This document shows, piece after piece, positions 9,161 to 17,777 of a stretch of DNA of 64,000 bases. The DNA comes from an uncultured Thermoleophilaceae bacterium (GTDB lineage: Bacteria; Actinomycetota; Thermoleophilia; Solirubrobacterales; Thermoleophilaceae). The notes under the pieces were generated by a model that saw nothing but the letters and a program-made list of their open reading frames with translations, had not been told where the DNA came from and did not search any database. Location of the stretch: assembly GCA_963734025.1 (NCBI GenBank), contig CAVTFR010000012.1:1924-65923 (forward strand), read 5' to 3'. How positions within the stretch are numbered: position 1 is the first letter of the stretch; each line of letters begins with the position of its first letter. The position numbers were made by a program, and so were the translations under genes.

Positions 9161-9976
9161 ATGGAACTCTGGCTTGCCGCGTTGATCATCCTTGGTGTCG
9201 CCGTGCTGAGCGCGGCCGGCATGCTCCTCGTCCGTCGGCGCGCGCCGGCGGGAACGTTCTTCAACGATCCGATTCCGGGTGGTGCCGTGTACACGGTGGC
9301 GGGCACCGCCTACATGGTGATCCTCGCATTCGTCTTCTTCATCGCATTCGAGAGCTACGGCGGCGCCAAGGCCGACGCCGAGGAGGAGGCGACCGCGACG
9401 CTCGCGATGTTCCACGCCGCCGGCGCCTTCGGCCCGGCGGCCCGCGCGGAGCTGCAGGGGCAGATGATCTGCTATGCGCGCGAGGTGATCTCGGACGGCT
9501 GGCCCGCGATGCGGGAAGGCGGAGGGAGTTCGGTAGTGGACGCGAGGGTCTCGGCGATGGAGGAGTCCGCCGAACAGATCCCGGTCAACGACGCTAAACA
9601 GGCCGCCGCGTTTGAACACTGGTTCGCGTTGAACGAGGAGCGGCGACATGGACGGCAGGGCCGGATCGGCGAAGCAGAAGGGTTGGTGCCCCCGGTTGTC
9701 TGGTTGATCCTGATCATCGGCGCGGTGGTGGTGATCGCCTCGGTCGCGCTTTTCGCGGATCGTGAGGAGGCCGCAGTTACGCAGGCAGCACTGGCCGCCG
9801 CGATCGCGATCATCGTCGTCTCGGGGCTGGTCCTGGTGCGATTTCTCGACAAGCCGTATGAGGACAAGAGCGGCAGCATCAAACCGACGGCGATGGAGAG
9901 GACGCTGGTGTCGATGGAGATGGAGCATCGGGAGCGCGGTGGAGCGGTCATCCGGTGCGGCGACCTAGCCGGCTGA
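9161..9976 (+). CDS. DUF4239-type (bestrophin-like) membrane protein
   Basis: ORF 9161..9976. It has an N-terminal TM segment, FIAFESYGGAKADAEEEATATLAMF..., CYAREVISDGWPAM, and two C-terminal TM segments, the pattern of the DUF4239 family. Confidence 0.6.
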   Translation: MELWLAALIILGVAVLSAAGMLLVRRRAPAGTFFNDPIPGGAVYTVAGTAYMVILAFVFFIAFESYGGAKADAEEEATATLAMFHAAGAFGPAARAELQGQMICYAREVISDGWPAMREGGGSSVVDARVSAMEESAEQIPVNDAKQAAAFEHWFALNEERRHGRQGRIGEAEGLVPPVVWLILIIGAVVVIASVALFADREEAAVTQAALAAAIAIIVVSGLVLVRFLDKPYEDKSGSIKPTAMERTLVSMEMEHRERGGAVIRCGDLAG

Positions 9977-10207
9977 GAGAGAACTGCGTCCCGACCGGCT
10001 AGCCGCACCGTGCATCCCGCGCGCGGGGGCTATACACAGGGTGTGGTCGGACGCTTCGCCTGACGCGCGGCCGCTTCCCCGGCCCCTGCTTTCCACGCAA
10101 AGCGGGCGTCCGCCGCACCGTCCCTTTTCGGCGATCAAGCACGCGATCGATGTCTCATCGGCGACGGCCTCGTCATCAGTGCGCCGGGCAGCGGGGTCCT
10201 ACAGGAC

Positions 10208-10528
10208 CTAGCGGGATTCGCTCTCGAGCCGCGTGAGGTACTTGTGCTCCCGGCACCAGGGCCGGCAGTAGTTCTGATCCTTACGGACCGGCGTGAACCT
10301 CTGGCCGCATGTGCGGCACGTGCGTTCAGGGAGGGGGTCGCGACGGCGGGCGGCGTTCAAGCGCTCACCGTGACGCTGCCGGTACTGCCGCTTGGCGAGT
10401 GCGAAGCAGTCGCGGCACCACCAGGTCCGCCCATCCGGAGACGCTCGGCGTCTTGCGAAAGCGTCAAGCGGCTTAGTCTCGCCGCACCTTGTACAGCGCT
10501 TCTCCGCCACCAGAGCGAAGTGTTCCAC
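10208..10528 (-). CDS. Cys-rich double zinc-ribbon protein (paralogue 1, intact)
   Basis: ORF 10208..10528. Motifs are KRCTRCGETKPLDAF...DGRTWWCRDC, then ERTCRTCGQRFTPVRKDQNYCRPWCREHKY. The first motif resembles the N-terminal ribbon of actinophage HNH-type proteins. A GGTCCTACAGGACC palindrome lies immediately 3' of the stop. Confidence 0.6.
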   Translation of the reverse strand: MEHFALVAEKRCTRCGETKPLDAFARRRASPDGRTWWCRDCFALAKRQYRQRHGERLNAARRRDPLPERTCRTCGQRFTPVRKDQNYCRPWCREHKYLTRLESESR

Positions 10529-10783
10529 CGCGACCCGAGGCGACGGGGGGCCAGCACGCCGAACAACCGCGGGTCACGACCGATCAGGCGACGGTTGCTT
10601 CGCATGGATAGTAGCAGTCTGCTCAGCTGCGACGTCGACTTGTGCAAGCAGGCGAAAGGAGGAGCGCATGTGAACGCCTTTCCTCCTGCGCAATCTGGGC
10701 CGGTGCGGTAGCACAGCGGCTCAGCGTCGCCCTCCGAAGCAACGATCGGCATTCTGCCGGGCCGTCCGCGCCGCGCGTCATCG

Positions 10784-11443
10784 TCAGGCCATCAGGGCTG
10801 CGGAGTCGACCTCGCCGGCGGCCTCGGGCGCCTGCACGCCGAAGAGCAGCTCGAGGTATTGGCGCAGGTGCGCGAGCTGGGCGCGCAGCGCGGTCGCGTC
10901 CTTTGTGGCGCGCGCGAGGATGAAGCCGCCCTCGAAGATGGTGAAGACCTGGTCGGCGAGCGACGGCAGGTCCACCTCGGCCGCCGGCGGGTGCGTCCGT
11001 GTGGCCGCCTCGAGCTTCGCGAGCAGGCGCGCGCGCCAGAGGCCGATCGAGTGGGCGATCAGGGCGTCGCTGTCCTCGCCGGCGAGCTCCCGCTCGTAGA
11101 TGAACGAGACGAAGAGGCAGCCGGGCTGGAGCTGCGGCAGATCGCCGGCCGCGACCTCGAACAGCCGGGCGAAGGCGACGACCTGCTCGGCAGGGTCATC
11201 AGCGATCCGCTCGGCCTCGGCCATGAACCAGTCGAGCGTGCGCGCGTCGGCGGCGGCGTAGCGCTCGAGCAGCGCGCGGCCGAGCGCGTTCTTGGAGCGG
11301 AAGTGGTGAAAGAACGCGCCTTTCGTCATTCCCGCCTCGGCGAGCACAGCGTCGACGCTCGTGGCGGCAAACCCGCGGTCGAGCACGAGCCGCTGGGCGG
11401 CGTTGAGCAGCTTCTCGCGCGTCGCGGTTCCGTCTCGAGGCAT
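10784..11443 (-). CDS. TetR family transcriptional regulator
   Basis: ORF 10784..11443, with the N-terminal HTH TREKLLNAAQRLVLDRGFAATSVDAVLAEAGMTKGAFFHHF. Confidence 0.85.
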   Translation of the reverse strand: MPRDGTATREKLLNAAQRLVLDRGFAATSVDAVLAEAGMTKGAFFHHFRSKNALGRALLERYAAADARTLDWFMAEAERIADDPAEQVVAFARLFEVAAGDLPQLQPGCLFVSFIYERELAGEDSDALIAHSIGLWRARLLAKLEAATRTHPPAAEVDLPSLADQVFTIFEGGFILARATKDATALRAQLAHLRQYLELLFGVQAPEAAGEVDSAALMA

Positions 11444-11466
11444 GTGTGCACGATATCACGTTACAT

Positions 11467-11480
11467 ACCGACTAGTCGGT
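11467..11480. promoter_or_regulatory. candidate TetR operator (perfect 14-bp palindrome ACCGACTAGTCGGT)
   Basis: Lies in the 53-bp divergent intergenic region between the TetR gene (start 11443) and the SemiSWEET gene (start 11497). Confidence 0.45.
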
Positions 11481-11496
11481 CTGGTATAACTCTCGC

Positions 11497-11802
11497 GTGA
11501 TGCTCGATCCCGTCCTCCTCGGCACCATCGCCACCTGCTACGGCTTATGCGGCGCGCTCTCCGCGCTGTGCCAGGCGCGCCAGATCCGGCGGCGGGGCAG
11601 CTCCTGCGACGTGTCGGCCCGCTTCTTCGCGATGTACGCCGGCGGGTATGCGATCTGGCTGATATACGGCGCGAGCATCGGCAGCGTGCCGCTGATCCTC
11701 GTCGATGCCGCCGGTCTAATCTGCGGCGGCATCACGCTCGCGGTGACGCTCAGCATGCGCGGCTCGCTCGCCCGGCCCCGCAGCTGGGGCCACTGCGCCT
11801 GA
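11497..11802 (+). CDS. SemiSWEET / PQ-loop family small transporter
   Basis: ORF 11497..11802 (GTG start), about 100 aa with three TM segments. LSALCQARQIRRRGSSCDVSARFFAMYAGGYAIWLIYG matches the PQ-loop pattern, with CQ in place of PQ. Confidence 0.6.
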   Translation: MMLDPVLLGTIATCYGLCGALSALCQARQIRRRGSSCDVSARFFAMYAGGYAIWLIYGASIGSVPLILVDAAGLICGGITLAVTLSMRGSLARPRSWGHCA

Positions 11803-11863
11803 CGCCGCACCACCGCTTTGAGGCAGAAGGGAGAGCGGCGGGCAGACGGACCCCGCTATCGAG

Positions 11864-12026
11864 TTGGACGACAGACAGGTGTCACGCGCGCGCGAGGCTG
11901 CGCTTTCGTTTTGCCCTGCCTAAGCGGGCGTGTTCGAGCGGGCCACTCAGACGCTCGCGCGTCGTCCAAAGCGGGCACCAGATCAGCGGCGACGCTGGCT
12001 CCCGCTCGCCGAGGTAAAGCAGGCGC
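11864..12026. repeat. left copy of a 163-bp inverted repeat pair
   Basis: It is the reverse complement of 13890..14052. The outer 104 bp (11864-11967) are identical, and I counted 7 mismatches in the inner 59 bp. Confidence 0.85.
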
Positions 12027-12086
12027 TCGGCGTCCCGCTATTGGCGAGCGGCAGGTGCACGGCAGTTCTTCCGTGCATCGGAGGTC

Positions 12087-12950
12087 TCAGGCCGTCACCG
12101 CGCCACCGAGCCGCTGGAAGCCGCCGGTGACCCAATCGACGATGAGACGGCCGTACTCGTCGGGCGCTTGCTCCCACGCAAAGTGGCCGGCATCCAATGG
12201 GTGGATCTCGCTGTTGGGCAGCAGGTCGGCGAGGTACTCGTTGTTGGACCACGGCACCAAGTCGTCTTCGCGTCCGGCGATGATCTGAGCCGGCGTGGTG
12301 ATCGTGGGCAACAGGCCGCGCAGCACCGGGTTCTGCTCGGGGTAGTGGCGGACAAAGCGAGCGGACTCGGCAAAGCGCCCGAGGTCGTACGCGCTGACGT
12401 AGTCCTCATGGACGTCGGGCTCGCTGTCGGCACCGGCCGCGGGCTCGACGGCGAACCCGATGTTGGTTCGGGCATCCAGCTGTCGGACGACGTCGAGGCT
12501 CGGGGCCTCGATGACATCCTTGAGCGCGCCGCCGGCCTCGATGGGAGCACGCACCGCGCCTCCACCGATGGTCAAGCTCGTGACGCGGTCTGGAGCGTTG
12601 GCCGCCAAGAACAACGCGGCGGCGGTGCCCACGTCCGGACCGACCACGTGCGGCGCGCCCAGGCCCCATTCCTCGATGAGGCGCGCAAGGAACGTGCCCA
12701 TCGCATCCGGTGCGATCAGCTCCGGGCGACCGTCTGAGTGGCCAAAGCCCGGCAGGTCGATCGCGACCACGCGCGCCGCCCCCGACACTCGGTCCCAGAT
12801 CCCTCGGAACGCCCAGAGGCTTTCCGGCCACGGGCTCAACATCAACACGGTCACTGCCGACGAGTCCGCTCTGTTGTCAGCAAACCGAATCCGCACCCCG
12901 TCGCAGACTCGAAAGAGCGGAGCGATGGGCGAATACCCTGCTGTATTCAT
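12087..12950 (-). CDS. alpha/beta hydrolase (Asp-nucleophile type, GPDVG)
   Basis: ORF 12087..12983. The ATG at 12950 is preceded by GGAGG with an 8-nt spacer. LPGFGHSD and VVGPDVGTAAAL (Asp at the nucleophile elbow, as in dehalogenase/epoxide-hydrolase-type enzymes). C-terminal DAGHFAWEQ. Confidence 0.8.
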   Translation of the reverse strand: MNTAGYSPIAPLFRVCDGVRIRFADNRADSSAVTVLMLSPWPESLWAFRGIWDRVSGAARVVAIDLPGFGHSDGRPELIAPDAMGTFLARLIEEWGLGAPHVVGPDVGTAAALFLAANAPDRVTSLTIGGGAVRAPIEAGGALKDVIEAPSLDVVRQLDARTNIGFAVEPAAGADSEPDVHEDYVSAYDLGRFAESARFVRHYPEQNPVLRGLLPTITTPAQIIAGREDDLVPWSNNEYLADLLPNSEIHPLDAGHFAWEQAPDEYGRLIVDWVTGGFQRLGGAVTA

Positions 12951-13029
12951 CGTTGTTGCCTCCGGATCGCTTTCCTCGCTCACTGGTGCGCTCCTTTGGG
13001 TGCTGAATCGATCGGGTTGAAGAGCAGCC

Positions 13030-13045
13030 GATGACGACTGTCATC
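13030..13045. promoter_or_regulatory. candidate TetR operator 1 (GATGACGACTGTCATC)
   Basis: Palindrome with 6-bp arms in the divergent hydrolase/TetR intergenic region. A near-identical second copy lies 37 bp downstream. Confidence 0.45.
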
Positions 13046-13066
13046 CGGCGGACGATATCAGACTCC

Positions 13067-13082
13067 GATGACGACCGTCATC
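13067..13082. promoter_or_regulatory. candidate TetR operator 2 (GATGACGACCGTCATC)
   Basis: Second copy of the same palindrome, 22 nt upstream of the TetR ATG at 13104. Confidence 0.45.
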
Positions 13083-13103
13083 GCGCCCAGATAGGCTGTC
13101 CCC

Positions 13104-13736
13104 ATGGACGCCCGGCAAGAGAGGTCGCGAACGAGCGGAAGCGGCGAGCAGCAGCCGGCCCGTGACCGCATCGTGCGCAGCGCCGCGGCGCTCGTTCGCG
13201 AGCGCGGTGTTCACGGCGTCGGCCTTCGCCAGATCGTTGCCCATGCCGACGGCCCTCGCGGGTCCCTCCAGCGCTACTTCCCGGGCGGGAAGACGCAGCT
13301 CATCACCGAGGCCCTCAAACTGGTCGGCGCCGAGGTACTCGACGACACCGAGTCACGGCTCAGCGAGGCCGCCACCCTGGCCGATGCGATCGACGCAATC
13401 TTTGCCCCTTGGCGCCACGTGCTCGTCGAGAGCAACTTCACGATGGGATGTCCCCTCGCCGCGACCGTCATCGATGCCGGCGGAGATGACCGGCTACGGC
13501 AAGAGGCTCGCGCTCTCCTCGACCAGTGGCGTGACTCCGTACACGCCACCTTGGTCAAATTCGGCGTCCAGGCGTCAACCGCAGAGGACGATGCCTCCGT
13601 CCTCCTCGCAGCTCTCGAGGGCGCCCTGATCTTGAGCCGAGCAAACCAAAGCACCCAGCCACTCGACACGGTGCAGCGCTTCTTCACAACGTCGCTGACG
13701 CCGGCCGCAGCCAACCCCGCCGCTCCCGCGCCATAG
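13104..13736 (+). CDS. TetR family transcriptional regulator
   Basis: ORF 13104..13736, with the HTH ARDRIVRSAAALVRERGVHGVGLRQIVAHADGPRGSLQRYF. Confidence 0.8.
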   Translation: MDARQERSRTSGSGEQQPARDRIVRSAAALVRERGVHGVGLRQIVAHADGPRGSLQRYFPGGKTQLITEALKLVGAEVLDDTESRLSEAATLADAIDAIFAPWRHVLVESNFTMGCPLAATVIDAGGDDRLRQEARALLDQWRDSVHATLVKFGVQASTAEDDASVLLAALEGALILSRANQSTQPLDTVQRFFTTSLTPAAANPAAPAP

Positions 13737-13889
13737 CCGGGGGCAGCTAACCGGATAGCCCCTTCCGTTCCGGAGCCGAAGCCTTGCACCCGAAGGTCGG
13801 CGCCGAGATCAGTCCTGCTTTCCGCGCGGTGCGCGTCTCGCTCCGCCGGTCGCGCCGGACCTGCAACGCGGGGAAGACAGGACGAGGCG

Positions 13890-14052
13890 GCGCCTGCTTT
13901 GCCTCGGCGAGCGGAAGCCAGTGTCGCCGCTGATCTCGTGCGCGCTCCGGACGACGCGCGAGCGTCTGAGTGGCCCGCTCGAACACGCCCGCTTAGGCAG
14001 GGCAAAACGAAAGCGCAGCCTCGCGCGCGCGTGACACCTGTCTGTCGTCCAA
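13890..14052. repeat. right copy of the 163-bp inverted repeat pair
   Basis: It is the reverse complement of 11864..12026. The identical 104 bp sit at the outer end (13949-14052). Confidence 0.85.
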
Positions 14053-14234
14053 AGCAGCAGCCGGCCCGTCGCCGGGCTCGGTGTTGCTGTTACGCGAGAG
14101 GAGGCGCCGGGCGCGTTGCCGGTCGCACGCCTTCGGCTGGCGGCATCGGCGCTCTTGTCGGCCGCGTCGTTGGACCTGTCGGCCGCCTGGCATGCAGACA
14201 ACTGCCGTGCCGGCAGTACCGACTCGGCGGCGCG

Positions 14235-15800
14235 TCAGCCGCGCGCGCCCTTGGACGCCGCCGGCGCCGGCGCGAACGTCGGTGGCCTGACCGCCGCAAC
14301 GCAGGCCGTGTTCGGCGCGCTCGGTGTCGCGAGGAACGACGCGAACACCTGTTGCGCGCAGGGCGACTCGAGCGTCACGAAGTGGCCGATCCCCGCAAAG
14401 TCGGCGGCCGTCGAGTTGGGCAGCGTCCGCGCCGCTATCCGCGCCCAGCTCGTCGGCGTGATGCCGTCGAAGCTGCCCGACAGCAGCAGGGTCGGGATCG
14501 TGCTCGTCGTTGCCGCCCGCTGCTCCGCGGGCGCCTTCGGAACCGGCCACACGCGGCAGGAGGCGGGCAGGTAGCTTACGTGTAGGGCCGGCGCGAGCAC
14601 CGAGTCCGGATAGGCCGGGAACGCGCGCCGGCCGATCGACAGCACCGAGCCCTGCTCGTAGGGGACCCACTCGGCGCAGCCCACGCCGAGGGCCAGCCCG
14701 TAGCCGAGAGCCCCCGGGGGCGTGGCCAGGATCGGCGCCGCGCGCAGGCTGGCGATGTTGCGCGGGTCGCCGTCGGCGAGCTCGGCGATCCAGGTCGGAA
14801 TATCGGGGTAGTGAGGCGTGTGGAAGGCCTCGTCGATGAGCCAGTTCACGAGCGCCCCGCCGTCGAGCACCACCTTCACCGCGGAACCGCCCGTTGGCGG
14901 CGTCACCTGCGCCGCGACCGGGTGTGCCTCGAGCCGCCGGACCAGCTTCGTGAACGTCTGCTCGATCCCGGGGCGGCGCGGCCAACATTGAGGCTGGGCC
15001 GTGCACGCACGGAACAGGCGGTCGAAGCCCTCGCGGGCGTTCGGCGCGAAGCTGCCGGCGGTCACCACCTCCGGCGGCTCGACCGAGTCGATCGTCACGC
15101 TGCGGATGCCCTGCGGGTGCTGACGCATCAGCGTCATCGCGAGATTCGTGCCGTAGGAGACGCCGAACACGTTCCACTCGGCAATCCCTAGCGCCGTGCG
15201 CAGATCCGCGAAGTCAGCCGCGTTCTCGGTCGTGTTGTACGCGCCGAGGTCGACCCCCGTCGCGACCAGGCGTCGGTTGCAGGCGCGTGCCGCCGCCACG
15301 GTCAGGCGCCGGTACCGCGACCCGTCAAGCGGGAGGCCGAGGCCGCGTATGCTGGCTAGGTCGACCTCCGGGCACGTCGGCGCCGGGTTTGGCGGGGAGT
15401 AGAGCGTCCCGCGCTGGCCCATGAGAATCAGGTCTCGGTCACGGTTGAAGCCGGCGTCGATCAAGGGCTGCGCCTCGCCCAGCGGGTAGCCGCCGGGGCC
15501 GCCGGCGAGGTACACGATCGGATCGGGCGCGGGCGTTGGCGACGCCGCCGGCACGATCCCGACCGTCAGGCGAATCGTGCGCCCGTTCGCCCTGGCCCGG
15601 TTCTCGGGCACGATGAGGAAGCCGCAGCGGGCGTCCGCCGGCAGGCTGGTTGGAAAGGGCTCGGTCGGGCACGCCGTTGGCTCGAACCTCGGCGCTGGGA
15701 GAGCCGACGCCGCACCCGAGGCGGCGCCAGCGGCCGGGATGGTGAGCAGCGCCACCGCAGCGCCAACCGCTATCACCTGCACCTTGCGTACGGCGGCCAC
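14235..15800 (-). CDS. secreted alpha/beta hydrolase, S33 tripeptidyl-aminopeptidase-like
   Basis: ORF 14235..15800. Signal peptide VIAVGAAVALLTIPAAGAASG, then YLAGGPGG, the GVSYG nucleophile elbow, and a C-terminal GIGHF. Confidence 0.8.
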   Translation of the reverse strand: MAAVRKVQVIAVGAAVALLTIPAAGAASGAASALPAPRFEPTACPTEPFPTSLPADARCGFLIVPENRARANGRTIRLTVGIVPAASPTPAPDPIVYLAGGPGGYPLGEAQPLIDAGFNRDRDLILMGQRGTLYSPPNPAPTCPEVDLASIRGLGLPLDGSRYRRLTVAAARACNRRLVATGVDLGAYNTTENAADFADLRTALGIAEWNVFGVSYGTNLAMTLMRQHPQGIRSVTIDSVEPPEVVTAGSFAPNAREGFDRLFRACTAQPQCWPRRPGIEQTFTKLVRRLEAHPVAAQVTPPTGGSAVKVVLDGGALVNWLIDEAFHTPHYPDIPTWIAELADGDPRNIASLRAAPILATPPGALGYGLALGVGCAEWVPYEQGSVLSIGRRAFPAYPDSVLAPALHVSYLPASCRVWPVPKAPAEQRAATTSTIPTLLLSGSFDGITPTSWARIAARTLPNSTAADFAGIGHFVTLESPCAQQVFASFLATPSAPNTACVAAVRPPTFAPAPAASKGARG

Positions 15801-16099
15801 GAAGGACCCCGTAGTCGACGAGTTCGTGCGAGTCCTTTCCAGCTACCGGTGGGCCCCAGTAGCTCCGTCGAACCTAGTCGCCCGAAAACTTCAAGTCAAG
15901 GCGACACGAGCCTCGACCGCCCGTGCCGGTTGCCAACCGATCCAGCCGACGGCATAAACACCCGCCCCGCACCGCGCACGCCGCCCCTTCGGTGCAGGCC
16001 CCACGCCTCCTTCGCGCGACGAGCAACAACGGCTCCGAGTCCAAAGCCGCGCGCGCACTCCTGCTTTCTCTTTGAAGGAGGGCCGGCTGTCAAGGTGGC

Positions 16100-17320
16100 G
16101 GGGCCCGGTTTTGGGTGCTCCCGGTTGGGTGGAGCGGGGTGCTCATTTCTCTTTCGGCGCTGGTTGCGCAGATTGTTCGTAGGAGCTGTCTCGGCTTCTC
16201 AATTCCATGCGGGGCCGTCAGGCGGCCAGAAAGCAGCTGGAGCTTGCCGAGACGTCGGTGCCGCTCGTCTGTGGGCGGGCCGGTTTGAAGGGTTGTTGGC
16301 GGTTGAGGATGTGCCAGCAGGCGATCAGGATCTTGCGTGCGACGGCGGACTTGGCGGGGTTCTTGCCGGCGCGCTTGGCAATGTCGCTGTAGAGGTGGTG
16401 CCAGGGGTTGGTCGGTCGCCAGGCGGCGTGGGCGGCCTCGACCGCCGCCCAGCGCAGCGTGCGTGATCCCGCCTTTGAGAGCGCGCCGGTGTGTGCGCGC
16501 TCGCCGGACTGGTGGACGCGCGGCGCGAGCTCGGCGTAGCCGATCAGCTTGCGTGGCGTCGCGAAGCGGGCGATGTCGCCGATCTCGCTGGCCAAGGTCA
16601 GGCCGAGCAGGTCACCGACGCCGGGGATCGTCTTGAGCAGCACGACGCGCGCGTCGACGGCGGCCGCCTGGCGCAGCTCGCGTTCGAGTGGTGCAACGCG
16701 CTCGTCGAGCAAGTCGATCACCGCCAGCGCCTCGGCGACCGACCGTCGCCACGTCTCGTCGACGCCGCGCTCGGCGAGCAGCTCCATGCCGTCCGCTGCG
16801 CGCAGCCGCTCGAGCGAGATCCGCAGGCCCCACTGCGTCAGCAGGCCGAAGATCCGGTTCATCGCCGAGGCGCGCAACCGGACCAGGTGCATCCGCCGCC
16901 GTAGTTGCTCGCGCAACGCGCGCTCTGCCAGCGGCGGCACCCAGAGCGCCGGCACCAGCTCGCGTCGGCAGAGCTCGGCCAGCACGCGCGCGTCGACCTT
17001 GTCGGTCTTGCACGCCAGCGGCGCGACATCGCGGACCTTGCCCGCGTGCGCGACCTGCACATCCCAGCCGGCCGCCGCCAGCCGATCGCGCACCCAGACC
17101 GCGCCGCTCATCATCTCCACACAGGCCCGAACGTCGACACCCAAGCGGAGCACGAGCCGCGCCAGCCCGTCCTCGTCCGCCGCCACGACACCCTCGTCGG
17201 CGGTCGCGCCGCTCTCCGACAACGCACACCACGACGCCCGTCGATACGCCCAATCGATCCCGTGCGCTAGCGGGATCCACCCTCGAGCCGGGTGAGGTAC
17301 TTGTGCTCCCGGCACCACGG
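16100..17320 (-). mobile_element. IS110-family insertion sequence (ends approximate)
   Basis: Contains the DEDD transposase ORF. The upstream boundary lies at or within a few nt of the stop codon (17267-17269) of zinc-ribbon paralogue 2. About 120 nt of non-coding sequence lies 3' of the transposase stop. No terminal inverted repeats were seen, as expected for this family. Confidence 0.7.
16218..17318 (-). CDS. IS110-family DEDD transposase
   Basis: ORF 16218..17318. Motifs are HGIDWAYRRASWC, ACKTDKVDARVLAEL, TIPGVGDLLGLTLASEIGDIARF and SGERAHTGALSKAGSRTLR. The only in-frame canonical starts (GTG 17318 or 17315) lie inside the 3' end of the upstream gene. Confidence 0.85.
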   Translation of the reverse strand: MVPGAQVPHPARGWIPLAHGIDWAYRRASWCALSESGATADEGVVAADEDGLARLVLRLGVDVRACVEMMSGAVWVRDRLAAAGWDVQVAHAGKVRDVAPLACKTDKVDARVLAELCRRELVPALWVPPLAERALREQLRRRMHLVRLRASAMNRIFGLLTQWGLRISLERLRAADGMELLAERGVDETWRRSVAEALAVIDLLDERVAPLERELRQAAAVDARVVLLKTIPGVGDLLGLTLASEIGDIARFATPRKLIGYAELAPRVHQSGERAHTGALSKAGSRTLRWAAVEAAHAAWRPTNPWHHLYSDIAKRAGKNPAKSAVARKILIACWHILNRQQPFKPARPQTSGTDVSASSSCFLAA

Positions 17321-17584
17321 CCGGCAGTAGTTCTGATCCTTACGGATCGGCATGAACGGTTGGCCGCAAGTACGACATGTGCGCTCGGGAATGGGGGCGC
17401 GACGGCGGGCGGGGTTCAGGCGGTCACCGTGACGCTCCCGGTACTCCCGCTTCGCGACCGGGTGGCAGGCGCGGCACCAATAGCTTCGATCGTCCCGAGA
17501 GGCTCGCCGTACCGGAAACTCAGCAACGGGCTTGACGTCCCGCCTTTCCCGCTGCGCTTCGCGGCCATCCGGCGAGAGTGTCAC
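17267..17584 (-). CDS. Cys-rich zinc-ribbon protein (paralogue 2, first CxxC knuckle lost; possibly a pseudogene)
   Basis: ORF 17267..17584. The C-terminal two thirds are near-identical to paralogue 1 (WCRACHPVAKREYRERHGDRLNPARRRAPIPERTCRTCGQPFMPIRKDQNYCRPWCREHKYLTRLE). The N-terminus reads REAQRERRDVKPVAEF where CTRCGETKPL is expected, and an alternative frame gives KRSGKGG. Confidence 0.5.
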   Translation of the reverse strand: MTLSPDGREAQRERRDVKPVAEFPVRRASRDDRSYWCRACHPVAKREYRERHGDRLNPARRRAPIPERTCRTCGQPFMPIRKDQNYCRPWCREHKYLTRLEGGSR

Positions 17585-17777
17585 GGCTGGCGCGTCCCTC
17601 GGGGGCTACACCCCCCCACGCGGCGGCTCACTCGTAGAAGAATTGCGTACGCGCACATGGCGGACCGCAGATCCCGCAATTTGCGGGAATCCACGATATG
17701 CGCCTAAGGCGGGCCTGATGCTTCGAACATAGCCTGGATCCCAACGGTCGCCGGGCGGTGCCTAGGACAGTGCAGAG

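Noticed and set aside
10208-10235. GGGATTCG...CTCGAG at the 3' end of zinc-ribbon paralogue 1 resembles the GGGATTCGAACCCTCGG T-arm region of the tRNA-Ser, and might be the left attachment site of the island.
   Set aside because: Only about 8 contiguous matching bases plus scattered identities. The match lies inside a coding region that is conserved in paralogue 2, so it is too short to distinguish from chance.
15685-15705. GGCTCGAACCTCGGCGCTGG is another partial look-alike of the tRNA T-arm.
   Set aside because: It lies inside the well-supported S33 peptidase coding sequence and matches only about 10 nt. It is most likely coincidental.
16080-16120. GGTGGCGGGGCCCGG as the displaced remnant of the GGGGTCCTACAGGACC palindrome, which would give the exact left end of the IS110 element.
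   Set aside because: The similarity is limited to GCGGGG.CC. The IS end cannot be fixed from this window alone, so I give only an approximate boundary.
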